DNA of 64,000 bases from an uncultured Gammaproteobacteria bacterium (GTDB lineage: Bacteria; Patescibacteriota; Microgenomatia; CAZETR01; Amesbacteraceae), in NCBI GenBank assembly GCA_964518565.1, contig CAZFGX010000001.1, positions 11,046 through 75,045 on the forward strand. Direction: 5' to 3'. The notes beneath the pieces were generated by a model that saw only the letters and a program-made list of their open reading frames with translations, had not been told where the DNA came from and ran no database searches. The position numbers and the translations under genes are program-made. Shown here in pieces: positions 39,148 to 49,779 of this stretch (position 1 is its first letter; every line of letters starts with the position of its first letter).

Positions 39148-40369
39148 CAATCAGACTAAAAATAGTTCCTACCCCAGCCAAAAACATAATTCCAAATGTC
39201 ATCCAACATAGTACCCGAGAAAAACGACTACTTACATATTTTCCCATTACACCAGAATTATTAGAAATCCCAATAATCACAAACAATAGGGGAATGGCAC
39301 AAATTCCATTAAACACTGCTGTAAATACCAACGCTTGAATAGGATCAACTCCAATCAAATTAATTGCCAGACCCAAGACAGTTGCCAAAATCATTACACC
39401 ATAAAAACCTCGAGCTTGTTTTGGTTGTAAATCAAGACCCGATCGCCATCCAAAGGCTTCGGCTACTGCATAAGAAGCCGATCCTGACAACACTGGCACC
39501 GCCAAAAGACCCAATCCAATAACTCCCAAGGCAAACAACCCCTTTGCTAGGTTTCCTGCCAGCGGAGCTAGTGCCGCCGCTGCATCCGCTGCCGTTCGAA
39601 TCGTGGTCAATCCATGTGCATGCAACACTGCCGCAGCCACCACAATGATAGACCAAGTGGCCAACTGGGACACAAACATGCCAATAGTCGTATCTATTCT
39701 CATTGCTCGGATATGTCCAGGAGTTGGTAGGCTGTGCTCTTCAACTTCTTCCGAAGCTTGCCAAAAAAACATATATGGCGAAATCGTTGTTCCAAAAACT
39801 CCGGTAATTAAAAACAAAAAACCAAACGAAAATTCAATATGTGGCAAAAATGTCGCTGTAAAAACTTGTTGCCAAGGTAAATCCACTAAAAGTAGTGTGA
39901 CCGGATAAGCCAATAATACCAACGCCGTCCATTTCAATAGTTGTGCATATCTCCGATAACTTAAAAAAATCTCAAGTCCCAGAGTAAGTGCTGCAAACCC
40001 ACACAAAACCAATCCATAAGGTGCCACAGGCCAAACGAGTCGTACCGCTGCAGCCATTGCCCCTAAATCAGCCGCAATATTTATCGTATTTGCCACCAAA
40101 ACCAAAAGTACGACAGGTAACAATATTTTTTTTCCATACACTTGTCGCACCATAGCCGCCAAACCCTTACCTGTCACCATGCCAATTCTGGCACACATCT
40201 CTTGTGTTGCAATTAAAAATGGCAACAAAAACACTACCGTCCACAGTTGACCATAACCAAATTGGGCACCAGTTTGAGAATAAGTTGCGATCCCTGACGG
40301 ATCGTCGTCCGCCGCCCCAGTAATCAGTCCCGGTCCTAAAATTCGAAAAAACCTCCGAATTCCCTTCAT
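39140..40369 (-). CDS. mntH: NRAMP-family divalent metal (Mn2+/Fe2+) transporter
   Basis: GPGLITGAADDDPSGIATYSQTGAQFGY signature, 11 TM. Confidence 0.85.
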   Translation of the reverse strand: MKGIRRFFRILGPGLITGAADDDPSGIATYSQTGAQFGYGQLWTVVFLLPFLIATQEMCARIGMVTGKGLAAMVRQVYGKKILLPVVLLVLVANTINIAADLGAMAAAVRLVWPVAPYGLVLCGFAALTLGLEIFLSYRRYAQLLKWTALVLLAYPVTLLLVDLPWQQVFTATFLPHIEFSFGFLFLITGVFGTTISPYMFFWQASEEVEEHSLPTPGHIRAMRIDTTIGMFVSQLATWSIIVVAAAVLHAHGLTTIRTAADAAAALAPLAGNLAKGLFALGVIGLGLLAVPVLSGSASYAVAEAFGWRSGLDLQPKQARGFYGVMILATVLGLAINLIGVDPIQALVFTAVFNGICAIPLLFVIIGISNNSGVMGKYVSSRFSRVLCWMTFGIMFLAGVGTIFSLIAN

Positions 40370-40388
40370 ATGTAATCAATAGTACTCT

Positions 40389-41723
40389 TTAATTTGTCTT
40401 TGGTTCTAGTTCCAAAAGCACGACGCTATTTGGCGTCATTGGTACTTCTCGTTGCAGTATTGCCGCAGAAGTAGAGACTTGTTCACTAGAAGATGTTCCG
40501 TCTAGAGCCGTTTTTCGCAAAGTAAATTGATTGGTAGACAAATTCATAAACGTCACCGGCACCACTTCAGAGTGGGTTTTTTTGGGATCATAATTGGTCA
40601 ACAACACCTGATACACATTGCCCTTTTTCGCCCCAATCGCCTGTACCCAGCTACCTTCGCCGCTAATTGCCAATCTCTGATCTCCTAGTCGGCTCAAAAG
40701 TGTCAATGCCATATGTCGCGGAGTATTAATAATGCTCCAGTCACCTGCAATAGCAAAGGTAAACCCATATTTTATTTTAAATAATAACTGCCTCATCACG
40801 GCTACCATATGCGCTGCACCAAGTTTTGTATTATTTTCTCCACCACTCTTAGACGATGGCCCAAATTCAGTGACAATTTTTTCGACATGTGCAAAATACG
40901 GCTGTGTATCTAGCCAAGCATCAATATCATCTACATCTTTCGCATAGGAAGCCATATCAGTCGTATATCTATGCCAGGAGAAAAAATCTAGCCGTAAATT
41001 GTTTTGCAAAACATAAGGGAAAAAATCACTTAACCAATTTTTATACAAGCCGGTTGTAGCTGGCCCTCCAAACTTAAACGGCTGCACATTTGCGGCATTT
41101 TTTGCTCCAATAGCCGAATGTAAATATAGTAATTTGTAGTCCTTTTTGCCTCCCATAGTCCATTTGCCAAACAAATCCGGCTCGTTCCATACTTCGTAGT
41201 ACACATTGGCCAATTTCAAATCCCCGCTGTAATGTTCAATGGTTTTTTGCACCAACAGTTGCCAATCGGTCCACGATTTTGGTACCGAGGTTGTGTCTCC
41301 GCTAGCCAAAGCAGCTGGCATATAGGACAGTGAAAAAAATGGCATCGCTCCAGTGTCAGTTATTTTTTTGACCGTAGCATCCAGTTTCGTCCAATTAAAT
41401 TGTAGGTTCCCTGGAGTTCCACTTACCACATCAAATTGATCATAAATATGATCAATTCGAATATATGCTGGTTGCAGTGCTGTCACTTCGGTATTCGTGT
41501 TATCCAAAAAAGTAGTCAGTTTATCTCCGCCTTGGGCCAGTGCACGCCAGGGAGCAGGCATAGGTCCCAGTACCCGATTTGTTTCAACCGCTACAGCCGA
41601 CAATCTCCCTTCTGCTCCTACCAATAATCTCATTGTCGAGTTGGCTAGCTTCAATACTCCCGGCAATGCCGCTGCCAACGCAATCACAGCCACAAACGAC
41701 ACCAGCTGTTCTCGCTTTTTCAT
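40389..41723 (-). CDS. Secreted glycoside hydrolase, clan GH-A (GH5/GH39-like)
   Basis: Signal peptide; VYYEVWNEPD (catalytic acid/base NEP motif) and (beta/alpha)8-type pattern; start chosen at MKKREQ. Confidence 0.6.
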   Translation of the reverse strand: MKKREQLVSFVAVIALAAALPGVLKLANSTMRLLVGAEGRLSAVAVETNRVLGPMPAPWRALAQGGDKLTTFLDNTNTEVTALQPAYIRIDHIYDQFDVVSGTPGNLQFNWTKLDATVKKITDTGAMPFFSLSYMPAALASGDTTSVPKSWTDWQLLVQKTIEHYSGDLKLANVYYEVWNEPDLFGKWTMGGKKDYKLLYLHSAIGAKNAANVQPFKFGGPATTGLYKNWLSDFFPYVLQNNLRLDFFSWHRYTTDMASYAKDVDDIDAWLDTQPYFAHVEKIVTEFGPSSKSGGENNTKLGAAHMVAVMRQLLFKIKYGFTFAIAGDWSIINTPRHMALTLLSRLGDQRLAISGEGSWVQAIGAKKGNVYQVLLTNYDPKKTHSEVVPVTFMNLSTNQFTLRKTALDGTSSSEQVSTSAAILQREVPMTPNSVVLLELEPKTN

Positions 41724-41762
41724 ACGTCCCATCATACCGTCGCACGTTCCTCTTGACAACCG

Positions 41763-41789
41763 TTAGCAGTCAAATTATGATTCTGCTAA
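41763..41789 (+). promoter_or_regulatory. CIRCE-like HrcA operator (TTAGCAGTC-N9-TTCTGCTAA) abutting hrcA start codon
   Basis: Imperfect inverted repeat matching the CIRCE consensus TTAGCACTC-N9-GAGTGCTAA at 6/9 positions in the left arm vs reverse complement of right arm, 1 nt upstream of hrcA ATG. Confidence 0.6.
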
Positions 41790-42527
41790 ATGATCAATCT
41801 TACTCCGCGTCAGACGCAAATCCTCAAAGCTGTCACCGAAGAATATATCAACACTGCCGATCCAGTCTCCAGTGAACAGCTAGAAAAAAAATATAGCCTC
41901 GGTGTTTCTCCAGCCACTATTCGCAATGAAATGGCTCATTTAACCGACCAAGGCTTTCTCAAACAGCCGCACACTTCTGCAGGTCGTATACCTACAGCCA
42001 TGGGTCTACGTTTTTTTGTTGACCATCTCATGCAAGAAAAACGCCTCAGTGTCGCCGATGAAGTTTCCACCAAAGAACGTGTCTGGGATGCTCGTTTCAA
42101 TTTCGATCGACTCATGCGTCAAGCCACCCTTGCCCTGGCCGATCGCACCAAAAACTTAGCGCTAGTGGCCACTGATCAAGGCGACATTTATTATGCCGGT
42201 ATCGCCAATATTTTAGACATGCCCGAGTTTTACGATATCGATGTCACCAAGACCGTTCTTTCTCTCCTAGATGAACAACGTCGTCTCCAGCAACTCTTTT
42301 TTGATCGCACCTATGGTGAAGCTCCAGTTCATGTCGTCTTTGGTGCAGATTTGGGCTGGGCGTTCTTTGAACCTGTCGGCATGGCCTTCACCTTTTTTGA
42401 CACCGGCAACAATCGCCGTGGCAGCTTAGCCGTGGTTGGTCCATCCCGTCTAAACTTTCCCTATGTTATTCCCACACTTCGTTACTTCGCGGACTTAATG
42501 TCCCAAATGCATGCCAACTGGCACTAA
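41790..42527 (+). CDS. hrcA: Heat-inducible transcription repressor HrcA (short form, 245 aa)
   Basis: N-terminal winged helix …SSEQLEKKYSLGVSPATIRNEMAHLTDQGFLKQPHTSAGRIPT…. Confidence 0.85.
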   Translation: MINLTPRQTQILKAVTEEYINTADPVSSEQLEKKYSLGVSPATIRNEMAHLTDQGFLKQPHTSAGRIPTAMGLRFFVDHLMQEKRLSVADEVSTKERVWDARFNFDRLMRQATLALADRTKNLALVATDQGDIYYAGIANILDMPEFYDIDVTKTVLSLLDEQRRLQQLFFDRTYGEAPVHVVFGADLGWAFFEPVGMAFTFFDTGNNRRGSLAVVGPSRLNFPYVIPTLRYFADLMSQMHANWH

Positions 42528-43044
42528 ACCTATGCCGAAAAACAAGCCTCAACCAGATTCCCCTCCTAGCGTAGGAGGGGATGTCCCGCAGGACAGGGGT
42601 GGTATAGAAGTTGCCCAGCTCCAGGAAGAGCTGGTTTCTACCCAAATCAGCTGGAAACGTGCCCTAGCCGATTATCAAAATCTACTGCGTCGAGTCGAGT
42701 CAGACAAAAAAGAATTCACCAAAGTCGCCTCCGCCAATCTGATTGCCAGATTGTTGCCCAGTCTCGATATCATCGACATGGCTGCCACCCATACCAAAGA
42801 TATGGGCGTCGAAATGGCTGCCAAACAGTTTCACTCAGCCCTAGACGAAGAAGGTCTGCAAACCATTCAGCCCTCAGTAGGCGAAGCCTTTGACCACAAA
42901 TTCCACGAATGCACCGAAATCGTCGAAGCAGGGGAGAATGCTCCAGAAACAGTTGCAGAATTAGTATTAAAAGGCTATAAATTGGGCGATTTCGTCTTGC
43001 GCCCAGCTCGTGTCAAAGTCTACAAATTGGCACTTGACAAATAA
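42511..43044 (+). CDS. grpE: Nucleotide exchange factor GrpE
   Basis: Coiled-coil N-terminus, [12 protein letters not shown]…, C-terminal beta domain …[16 protein letters not shown]. Confidence 0.85.
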   Translation: MPTGTKPMPKNKPQPDSPPSVGGDVPQDRGGIEVAQLQEELVSTQISWKRALADYQNLLRRVESDKKEFTKVASANLIARLLPSLDIIDMAATHTKDMGVEMAAKQFHSALDEEGLQTIQPSVGEAFDHKFHECTEIVEAGENAPETVAELVLKGYKLGDFVLRPARVKVYKLALDK

Positions 43045-43069
43045 GACTGCTAATTATATAAATCAAAAT

Positions 43070-44959
43070 ATGTCAAAAATAATCGGAATCGATCTCGGAA
43101 CAACCAATAGCTGTGTCGCCGTTATGGAAGGTGGCCAGCCCAAAGTAATTGCTGCCTCAGATACTGGCCGCAACACGGTTCCTTCTATCGTTGAACCAGT
43201 CAAAAATCTCGTCGGTGATGTGGCCAAGCGCCAGATGATCCTCAATCCTAAAAATACCATTTACAGCGTCAAGCGCTTAATGGGTCGCAAAATCTCCGAT
43301 CCAGAAGTCAAACGCACCGCCGATATGGTGCCCTACAAAATCGTCGCTGGCAAAGATCAAATGGCTTGTGTGGAAGTAGACGGCAAAATCTACACCCCCC
43401 AAGAAATCTCCGCCAAAACCCTGGCCGCCATGAAAGCTCATGCAGAGGCATATCTCGGTGGCACAGTCGACGCTGCAGTTATTACCGTTCCAGCCTACTT
43501 TGACGATTCCCAACGCCAAGCTACCAAACAAGCGGGTGAAATCGCCGGTCTCAAAGTCGAACGCATTATCAACGAACCTACCGCCGCCGCCCTAGCCTAT
43601 GGTCTAGACAAGAAAAACGCCCAAACCGTCGCTGTCTACGACCTTGGTGGAGGTACGTTTGATATTTCCATTCTCGAACTCGGCGAAGGCGTCTTTGAAG
43701 TCAAAGCGACTAATGGCGACACACATCTCGGTGGTGACGATTTTGACCAAGTCATCATGAATTGGATCATCGACGAGTTCAAAAAAGACAACGGTGTCGA
43801 TCTCAAAAAAGATACCCAAGCCTTACAGCGTGTTCGCGACGCCGCCGAAAAAGCCAAAATCGAACTCTCTTCCGCCATGGAAGCCGAAATCAATCAGCCA
43901 TATATCACCCAAAAAGACGGTGCTCCTCTCCATCTGACACTCAAATTGTCTCGCGCCAAGCTCGAAGCCTTAGTCGACGATCTGATCCAAAAAACCATTG
44001 CCCCAGTTAAAGCTTGTCTCAAAGACGCCAAAAAAGATGTCAAAGATATTCACGAAGTCGTTTTAGTTGGTGGTATGACCCGCATGCCCAAAGTTGTTGA
44101 AGCAGTCAAAGCCTTCTTTGGTAAAGAACCAAATCGCAGCGTAAACCCAGACGAAGTTGTCGCCATTGGTGCCGCCATCCAAGGTGGCGTTCTCACCGGC
44201 GACGTCAAAGATGTAGTTTTACTCGACGTCACCCCGCTTACCCTGGGTCTAGAAACCATGGGTAGTGTCATGACCCCGCTCATCGAACGCAATACCACGA
44301 TCCCTACCTCCAAGTCTCAAGTGTTTTCTACTGCCGCCGACAGTCAGACATCGGTCGAAATCCACGTCCTCCAAGGTGAACGTCCTATGGCCGGTGATAA
44401 TAAGACATTGGGTAGATTCATTCTCGATGGTATTCCTCCAGCTCCTCGCGGTGTACCCCAAGTCGAAGTTACCTTTGATATCGATGCCTCAGGTATCTTA
44501 AAAGTCTCTGCCAAAGACAAGGCTACTAATAAGACCCAGCACATCACCATTACCAATTCCACCAATCTGGATGAAAAAGAAGTGGAAAGAATGCGCAAAG
44601 AAGCCGAAGTCCATGCCGCCGAAGATGCCGAAAAGAAGGCCAAAATCGAAGCTCGCAACCAAGCCGACAGTCTCATCTTCACTGCCGAAAAGACCATCAA
44701 AGACGCTGGCGACAAAGCCGATGCGGGTATGAAAAAAGACGTCGAAGATAAGATGAAGGCTCTTAAAGATGTTCTTGAAACCGGCACTAAAGAAGATATG
44801 GATGCCAAGTCCAAAGACCTTATGGACGCCCTCCAAAAGCTCGGTGGTGCTATGTACCAACAACAACCCGACGCCTCTACTGCCGCCACCGAAGAACCTA
44901 AATCAGAAGAAGCTTCTAAATCAGAGAGCAAACCCGAAGAAGGCGAAGTGGTGAGCTAA
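43070..44959 (+). CDS. dnaK: Chaperone DnaK (Hsp70)
   Basis: [22 protein letters not shown]…, DLGGGTFD, C-terminal lid and EEGEVVS-type tail; start at MSKII rather than upstream in-frame ATG. Confidence 0.97.
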   Translation: MSKIIGIDLGTTNSCVAVMEGGQPKVIAASDTGRNTVPSIVEPVKNLVGDVAKRQMILNPKNTIYSVKRLMGRKISDPEVKRTADMVPYKIVAGKDQMACVEVDGKIYTPQEISAKTLAAMKAHAEAYLGGTVDAAVITVPAYFDDSQRQATKQAGEIAGLKVERIINEPTAAALAYGLDKKNAQTVAVYDLGGGTFDISILELGEGVFEVKATNGDTHLGGDDFDQVIMNWIIDEFKKDNGVDLKKDTQALQRVRDAAEKAKIELSSAMEAEINQPYITQKDGAPLHLTLKLSRAKLEALVDDLIQKTIAPVKACLKDAKKDVKDIHEVVLVGGMTRMPKVVEAVKAFFGKEPNRSVNPDEVVAIGAAIQGGVLTGDVKDVVLLDVTPLTLGLETMGSVMTPLIERNTTIPTSKSQVFSTAADSQTSVEIHVLQGERPMAGDNKTLGRFILDGIPPAPRGVPQVEVTFDIDASGILKVSAKDKATNKTQHITITNSTNLDEKEVERMRKEAEVHAAEDAEKKAKIEARNQADSLIFTAEKTIKDAGDKADAGMKKDVEDKMKALKDVLETGTKEDMDAKSKDLMDALQKLGGAMYQQQPDASTAATEEPKSEEASKSESKPEEGEVVS

Positions 44960-44975
44960 GAAGAAGAGTAAAACA

Positions 44976-45254
44976 ATGGCCAACGATAATGAAAAATTAA
45001 ATACAAAGGTTGTTATGAGCGCTGCTGTTCTCAGTGGACTGGCGACGTGGAATGTATATAAGTGTGAACTGTTAGAAATACAGTCTAAATCAAAATATTA
45101 CGAATGCAGCCTGAATAAATTTTTTCCCACAGACACAGATGAAAAAGCAGAAAACCCTCCATATATAAATCTGAAAAACATTAATTACTCGATCGCAACT
45201 AGTGGAACTGCTTCAGAATCTTTAGCAAGCCTATCGCTAACAAGAATGATCTAA
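44976..45254 (+). CDS. Hypothetical small protein (92 aa) downstream of dnaK
   Basis: ORF with purine-rich stretch 9 nt upstream; no recognisable motif. Confidence 0.3.
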   Translation: MANDNEKLNTKVVMSAAVLSGLATWNVYKCELLEIQSKSKYYECSLNKFFPTDTDEKAENPPYINLKNINYSIATSGTASESLASLSLTRMI

Positions 45255-45279
45255 GAAAATAACCTAATTTAGTCGGATA

Positions 45280-46119
45280 TTACTTACTCCACCGTGCCCA
45301 AATACCACAAGGCAAAATTCGTTCTCGTCCCGACTCTTTCAGTCCCAGCTCACCACTCTCAATCGTTCCACCCAATTGCTTCATAGCATCCTCTACCACA
45401 CTTCGGATTGCCAAATGTGACAAGTCCGCCGTATAGGCATTAACCAATAGAAATGCCGCTTCATCAGACAATATTTTTTTGCATTCATGAACTAGCTTTG
45501 GCAAATGCAGTTCCAGCTTCCACATTTCTCCTCCAGCTCCTCGACCAAATCGTGGCGGATCCATAATAATCGCGTCATACTGTGCCCCTCGACGAATCTC
45601 ACGTTGCACAAATTTCATCACATCTTCTTGGATCCAGCGAATCCGTTCCGGATTAATCCCTGACGCTTTTGCATTCGCACTCGCCCACATCATTGCCGGC
45701 CGAGAAGCATCTACATGGGTCACATTGGCTCCAGCCAGTGCTGCTGCCATAGTAGACCCACCAGTGTAGGCAAACAAATTCAGTACTTTGAGGGGCTTAT
45801 TAATTTTTGTTCGCATCCAATCCCAATTCACGGCTTGTTCAGGAAATACGCCAGTATGTTTAAAATCTGTTGGCTTCAAATCAAACACAATCCCTTTATA
45901 AGAAATTTTCCATGGAGTAGGGGCTTCACTCTGAAATTTCCATCCCTCTTTTGTATGCGTCGCATCTGCCGTTCTCCACAGATCGTGTTGTCCGCGTGTC
46001 CACAACGCTCTGGGTTCTGGCCGTGCCACCACATACTGTCCCCAGCGCTCCAATTTCATATAATCGCCAGTATCCAGCAGTTCAAAATCTATCCAGTCAG
46101 TAGGTAGTTGTATATCCAT
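45280..46119 (-). CDS. Class I SAM-dependent RNA methyltransferase (RlmI/RsmC-like, DPPRF motif)
   Basis: NLFAYTGGSTMAAA (motif I), YDAIIMDPPRFGRG (motif IV DPP). Confidence 0.7.
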   Translation of the reverse strand: MDIQLPTDWIDFELLDTGDYMKLERWGQYVVARPEPRALWTRGQHDLWRTADATHTKEGWKFQSEAPTPWKISYKGIVFDLKPTDFKHTGVFPEQAVNWDWMRTKINKPLKVLNLFAYTGGSTMAAALAGANVTHVDASRPAMMWASANAKASGINPERIRWIQEDVMKFVQREIRRGAQYDAIIMDPPRFGRGAGGEMWKLELHLPKLVHECKKILSDEAAFLLVNAYTADLSHLAIRSVVEDAMKQLGGTIESGELGLKESGRERILPCGIWARWSK

Positions 46120-46195
46120 ATAGCAATTTTAACCTATAGTTAGCCAAAAACCAAATACCATAGGAAAGCACACCAATTTCTGCCATACTAGCACT

Positions 46196-47227
46196 ATGGC
46201 TACTAAAGCCAGTTCAGAATCGCATCATTTAGGTCTGCTTACTCAGTTTGTTTTACTCCTCCAAACGTTTTATTTCTTTTTTTTAATAGCGACGTATACG
46301 TTTATTCAATGGGTCATGAATAGTGGCTTAAATTCGCCCGATGCTCCCGCTTGGGCATATCTACGATCTTTTTACCATATACCTCTATCTATGGTGATTT
46401 TTAGCTTAGGAGTAGTATTGACCATCTCTGCCATTGTATTTTATACACGTTGGAAAATACTGGCATGGCTTGCTTTGGTCTATAGTCTCTTTGCAGGAGT
46501 TTTTGCCAACTGGGCACTTACCCAATGGCAGCATGCGATAAGTACTTTTGCTTCAGAAAAACCCTCACCATCTCAATTTTTGGATTTAAACCAAAAATTT
46601 ATGTTTATCTTGCCAATCCTTTTTCCCCTGATTTTACTTTTGTTCCTCGATCGTAAAAATCCTTCTACCAAAACCCTTACCCATACGAAATTTAAGTTCT
46701 TTATTTTCAGTCTCACTCTGCTAATTTTTGGCATCGCACCGGTTAGCTACTATGCATATACTACGTACACAGCTTGGCACCCCACTTATAATTTTTCAGC
46801 AATACAAAAATCCCTTTCTTACTATCTTTATTTCCCTACTATTTTTCCCAAAGATAAAGCAATTGTTCAAAACTTTACCACTCTCAAATATCAAAACCTC
46901 ACATGGGCAAAAACTACTCTTGGTACTCCAGTCTATATACCTCTAAACCCAGACTATCCCGGCATTATGTTTATCTATCAAACCCAACTACCACCAAACT
47001 TTGATCTAAAAACCTTTGCGAAAACCAATTATGTCGATGATTCAATTGCTGTCACAAACATGGATGTAAATAACGAATTTACCGATCATCTATTTTTAAA
47101 ATCAATCCAAAAACCAAATTGGGCCAAACGATTGCTTCTCGTGACCAAACATAACACGTTAATCGAAATTGGTGGTGTCTCATTTCCAGACGAAGACTTT
47201 GCTCTCGTCGCCAACGGTCTAAAATAA
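46196..47227 (+). CDS. Membrane protein (about 5 TM) with C-terminal extracytoplasmic domain, unknown function
   Basis: Hydrophobic N-terminal half, Asn/Tyr-rich soluble C-terminal half; no motif recognised. Confidence 0.4.
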   Translation: MATKASSESHHLGLLTQFVLLLQTFYFFFLIATYTFIQWVMNSGLNSPDAPAWAYLRSFYHIPLSMVIFSLGVVLTISAIVFYTRWKILAWLALVYSLFAGVFANWALTQWQHAISTFASEKPSPSQFLDLNQKFMFILPILFPLILLLFLDRKNPSTKTLTHTKFKFFIFSLTLLIFGIAPVSYYAYTTYTAWHPTYNFSAIQKSLSYYLYFPTIFPKDKAIVQNFTTLKYQNLTWAKTTLGTPVYIPLNPDYPGIMFIYQTQLPPNFDLKTFAKTNYVDDSIAVTNMDVNNEFTDHLFLKSIQKPNWAKRLLLVTKHNTLIEIGGVSFPDEDFALVANGLK

Positions 47228-47231
47228 TCTC

Positions 47232-47576
47232 TTATACTCGTCGTTTCTTTTTAGGTCTTGCTCCGTTGTGTGCCATAGGCGTCACGTCAGCAATCAGTGT
47301 CATTTTCATTCCAATAGCCCGCAATGCTCGCAAAGCGGCATCACGTCCAGATCCAGGGCCTTTGACAAACACTTCCACTTCTTTAATACCCTTGTCTAGT
47401 GCTTTTCTTCCGGCAGTTTCGACTGCAGTCGTAGCCGCAAAAGGAGTCGATTTCCGAGTTCCTTTAAATCCAGAATGTCCAGCCGAACTCCAAGACACGG
47501 CATTACCACCCGCGTCAGTAATAGTAACCAGGGTGTTATTAAATGTTGCATTGATAAAGACTTTTCCAGATGCCAT
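47232..47576 (-). CDS. rpsK: 30S ribosomal protein S11
   Basis: [30 protein letters not shown]… canonical S11. Confidence 0.95.
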   Translation of the reverse strand: MASGKVFINATFNNTLVTITDAGGNAVSWSSAGHSGFKGTRKSTPFAATTAVETAGRKALDKGIKEVEVFVKGPGSGRDAALRALRAIGMKMTLIADVTPMAHNGARPKKKRRV

Positions 47577-47577
47577 A

Positions 47578-47985
47578 TTATTTCTTTGCAGCTTTGGCTG
47601 CTTCTACTTTTGCTAACGCTTCTTTCTTCATGGCGCCAATAGTAACACGTTTACCCCGTTTTGTCCGGGCATTTGTACGTGTTCGTTGTCCTCGAGCTGG
47701 TAACCCATGCGCATGTCGGGAACCTCGGTAGGCGTTCACAGACTTGAGTCGGGCAATATTTTGGGATACCAGTTTGCGCAAATCACCTTCCACTTGCATA
47801 GAATCAACTACTTTTTGTAGTTTATTAATTTCTTCAGCCGTCAGCTCAAAAGTTCGTTTATTTCCATCTACTCCAGCTTTAGATAATACCTCGTTTACAT
47901 TGGTCGGACCTACGCCATAAATATATCGCAGTGCAAACTGCAATTTTTTCTTCTCGGGAATGTCGATACCTGCAATACGTGGCAT
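47578..47985 (-). CDS. rpsM: 30S ribosomal protein S13
   Basis: [26 protein letters not shown]…. Confidence 0.95.
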   Translation of the reverse strand: MPRIAGIDIPEKKKLQFALRYIYGVGPTNVNEVLSKAGVDGNKRTFELTAEEINKLQKVVDSMQVEGDLRKLVSQNIARLKSVNAYRGSRHAHGLPARGQRTRTNARTKRGKRVTIGAMKKEALAKVEAAKAAKK

Positions 47986-47988
47986 ATA

Positions 47989-48102
47989 TTATCCTTGGCG
48001 TTGTTTATGTTTAGGCGTTGTGCAAATAACAAACAACGTCCCACGGCGTTTTATCACCTTACAGTTTCGGCAGCGGACTTTGATACTAGCTTGAACTTTC
48101 AT
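47989..48102 (-). CDS. rpmJ: 50S ribosomal protein L36 (zinc-binding C+ form)
   Basis: [37 protein letters not shown]; the longer ORF in the track is an upstream in-frame extension overlapping infA. Confidence 0.9.
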   Translation of the reverse strand: MKVQASIKVRCRNCKVIKRRGTLFVICTTPKHKQRQG

Positions 48103-48103
48103 A

Positions 48104-48346
48104 TTAGTTTTTGAGTTTAAAAGTAATTCGTCCTTTGGTTTGGTCAGTTTGAGGCACATCCATCTGGACTTTATCTCCAGGCAGTAGTCGCACCCAGTTA
48201 ATGCGCATTTTACCAGACAATGTACACAAGAGTGTCTTATCAACCATCTCCGGCATACTAGAAGCCGTCACCTTTACGCGAAACATGGTGTTGGGAAGGT
48301 TTTCCACCACGAGTCCGGTGGCAGTAAAGGTCGAATTGTTGCTCAT
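48104..48346 (-). CDS. infA: Translation initiation factor IF-1
   Basis: S1-like OB fold sequence …[19 protein letters not shown]…[16 protein letters not shown]…. Confidence 0.9.
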   Translation of the reverse strand: MSNNSTFTATGLVVENLPNTMFRVKVTASSMPEMVDKTLLCTLSGKMRINWVRLLPGDKVQMDVPQTDQTKGRITFKLKN

Positions 48347-49122
48347 CGTGTTGTCTTGGTCAAGATCAGTGGCCCGCGTTTAGTAATTGCCACTGTCTCT
48401 TCAAACAGCCCTGATATTGTACCATCGGCCGTAACGATTGTCCAACCATCATCATTCTTATAGGCCACCTCGTCCTCGCCTTCGTTATACATAATTTCAA
48501 TCGCAATCACCATACCTTCCACCAGCTTCGGTGAATGCTCATATGCCCCCAAAACAAAACAGGGGATTGCTGGTTCCTCATGTAGCTGTTTGCCCACTCC
48601 ATGCCCCGTCAGTGCCCGTACCACTGAATATCCTGCGCCTTCTACTCCTTCCTGCATGGCTTTAGAGATGTCTGCCACTCGTTTACCAATTTTTGCCTCC
48701 GAAACCGCTTTTTTCAAAGTTTTTCGTCCCACCTCTAAAAATGCCTCGGTTTTTTTAGTCGTGCGGCCATCAGCCCCCGGTACTAGTACGGTGGTTGCTG
48801 TATCAGTATGAAATCCTTCATAAAACAACCCCACATCAATACCCACCTTATCTCCTGGCTTAAAAATATACCCATCCGGAATTCCGTGTACCACCACATC
48901 GCCCACATTAATACACGTCGCATGTTTATAACCCGGCACCATGGCAAACGACGCCTTGCCTCCAGCTGCACGCAAGAGATCATTAGCTAGGGTATCTAGT
49001 TGCAAACTTGTCATACCGGGTTTTACAGCAGCTGCCAATGCATCTCGCACTGCCGCCAATCGCTTGCCCCCTTCAGCCATGATCTGAATTTCTTCAGGTG
49101 TTTTGAGTGAAAATTTTTTCAT
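48343..49122 (-). CDS. map: Methionine aminopeptidase, type I
   Basis: …CINVGDVVVHGIP…, metal ligands D/D/H/E/E pattern, GHGVGKQLHEEP. Confidence 0.93.
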   Translation of the reverse strand: MKKFSLKTPEEIQIMAEGGKRLAAVRDALAAAVKPGMTSLQLDTLANDLLRAAGGKASFAMVPGYKHATCINVGDVVVHGIPDGYIFKPGDKVGIDVGLFYEGFHTDTATTVLVPGADGRTTKKTEAFLEVGRKTLKKAVSEAKIGKRVADISKAMQEGVEGAGYSVVRALTGHGVGKQLHEEPAIPCFVLGAYEHSPKLVEGMVIAIEIMYNEGEDEVAYKNDDGWTIVTADGTISGLFEETVAITKRGPLILTKTTR

Positions 49123-49769
49123 TGTTTAGGTAGTAAATCGGTAATTCCTTCTAGTACTTTTTCAACAGTTTGTTCACCATTTACCTCAAAACCTATCCCT
49201 TCAATTTTTGCCTGTTCAAATACTGGATGGGTCTGAGACCGATAAATTCCCAATCTGCGCAAAATTGCCTCTGGTGTATCATCTGCTCGTTGCACCAATG
49301 TTCCACCACACGCGTCACATACTCCTTCAACCTTACTTGGTCGAGTGAGGCTATTGTAAATTTCTCCACACCTTTCGCATGTTCGTCGAGCGGACAGTCG
49401 AGCAATCGTCTGAGCTTCGGAAATCTCAATACTCACCACTAAATCTATTTTTTTACCAAATGTCGCCAGCATATTTTTCAGTTGCTCATATTGAGCCACT
49501 GATCGGGGATAGCCTTCAAAAATAAATCCATTAGTTTTTGGATGATGTTTAGAAATAAAATCCCAGGCAATCAGTCGGACATATTCGTCTGGCACCAAAG
49601 ATCCTTGAGTCAGTGTTTGCTGTACAACGCTTGCATGTTCATTGTCAGAACTAGCAATGCTGCGCAAAATTCGCCCCATTTCCAGATGTATCAAACCATA
49701 TTTTTCCGCCAGCAAATCCGCTTGTGTGCCTTTTCCCGATCCTTGTGGGCCCAGCAGTATGATATTCAT
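49119..49769 (-). CDS. adk: Adenylate kinase (zinc-lid form)
   Basis: MNIILLGPQGSGKGTQA P-loop, lid CERCGEIY…CDACGG. Confidence 0.95.
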   Translation of the reverse strand: MNIILLGPQGSGKGTQADLLAEKYGLIHLEMGRILRSIASSDNEHASVVQQTLTQGSLVPDEYVRLIAWDFISKHHPKTNGFIFEGYPRSVAQYEQLKNMLATFGKKIDLVVSIEISEAQTIARLSARRTCERCGEIYNSLTRPSKVEGVCDACGGTLVQRADDTPEAILRRLGIYRSQTHPVFEQAKIEGIGFEVNGEQTVEKVLEGITDLLPKQ

Positions 49770-49779
49770 AAAATAAACG

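Noticed and set aside
43063-44931. Multiple 60-195 aa antisense ORFs within dnaK
   Set aside because: Inside a highly conserved gene; unusual amino-acid composition (Ser/Ala/Arg-rich) typical of antisense frames.
46120-46195. Short inverted repeats in the divergent intergenic region between the RNA methyltransferase and membrane protein genes
   Set aside because: Arms are 5-6 nt and imperfect; indistinguishable from chance in AT-rich DNA.
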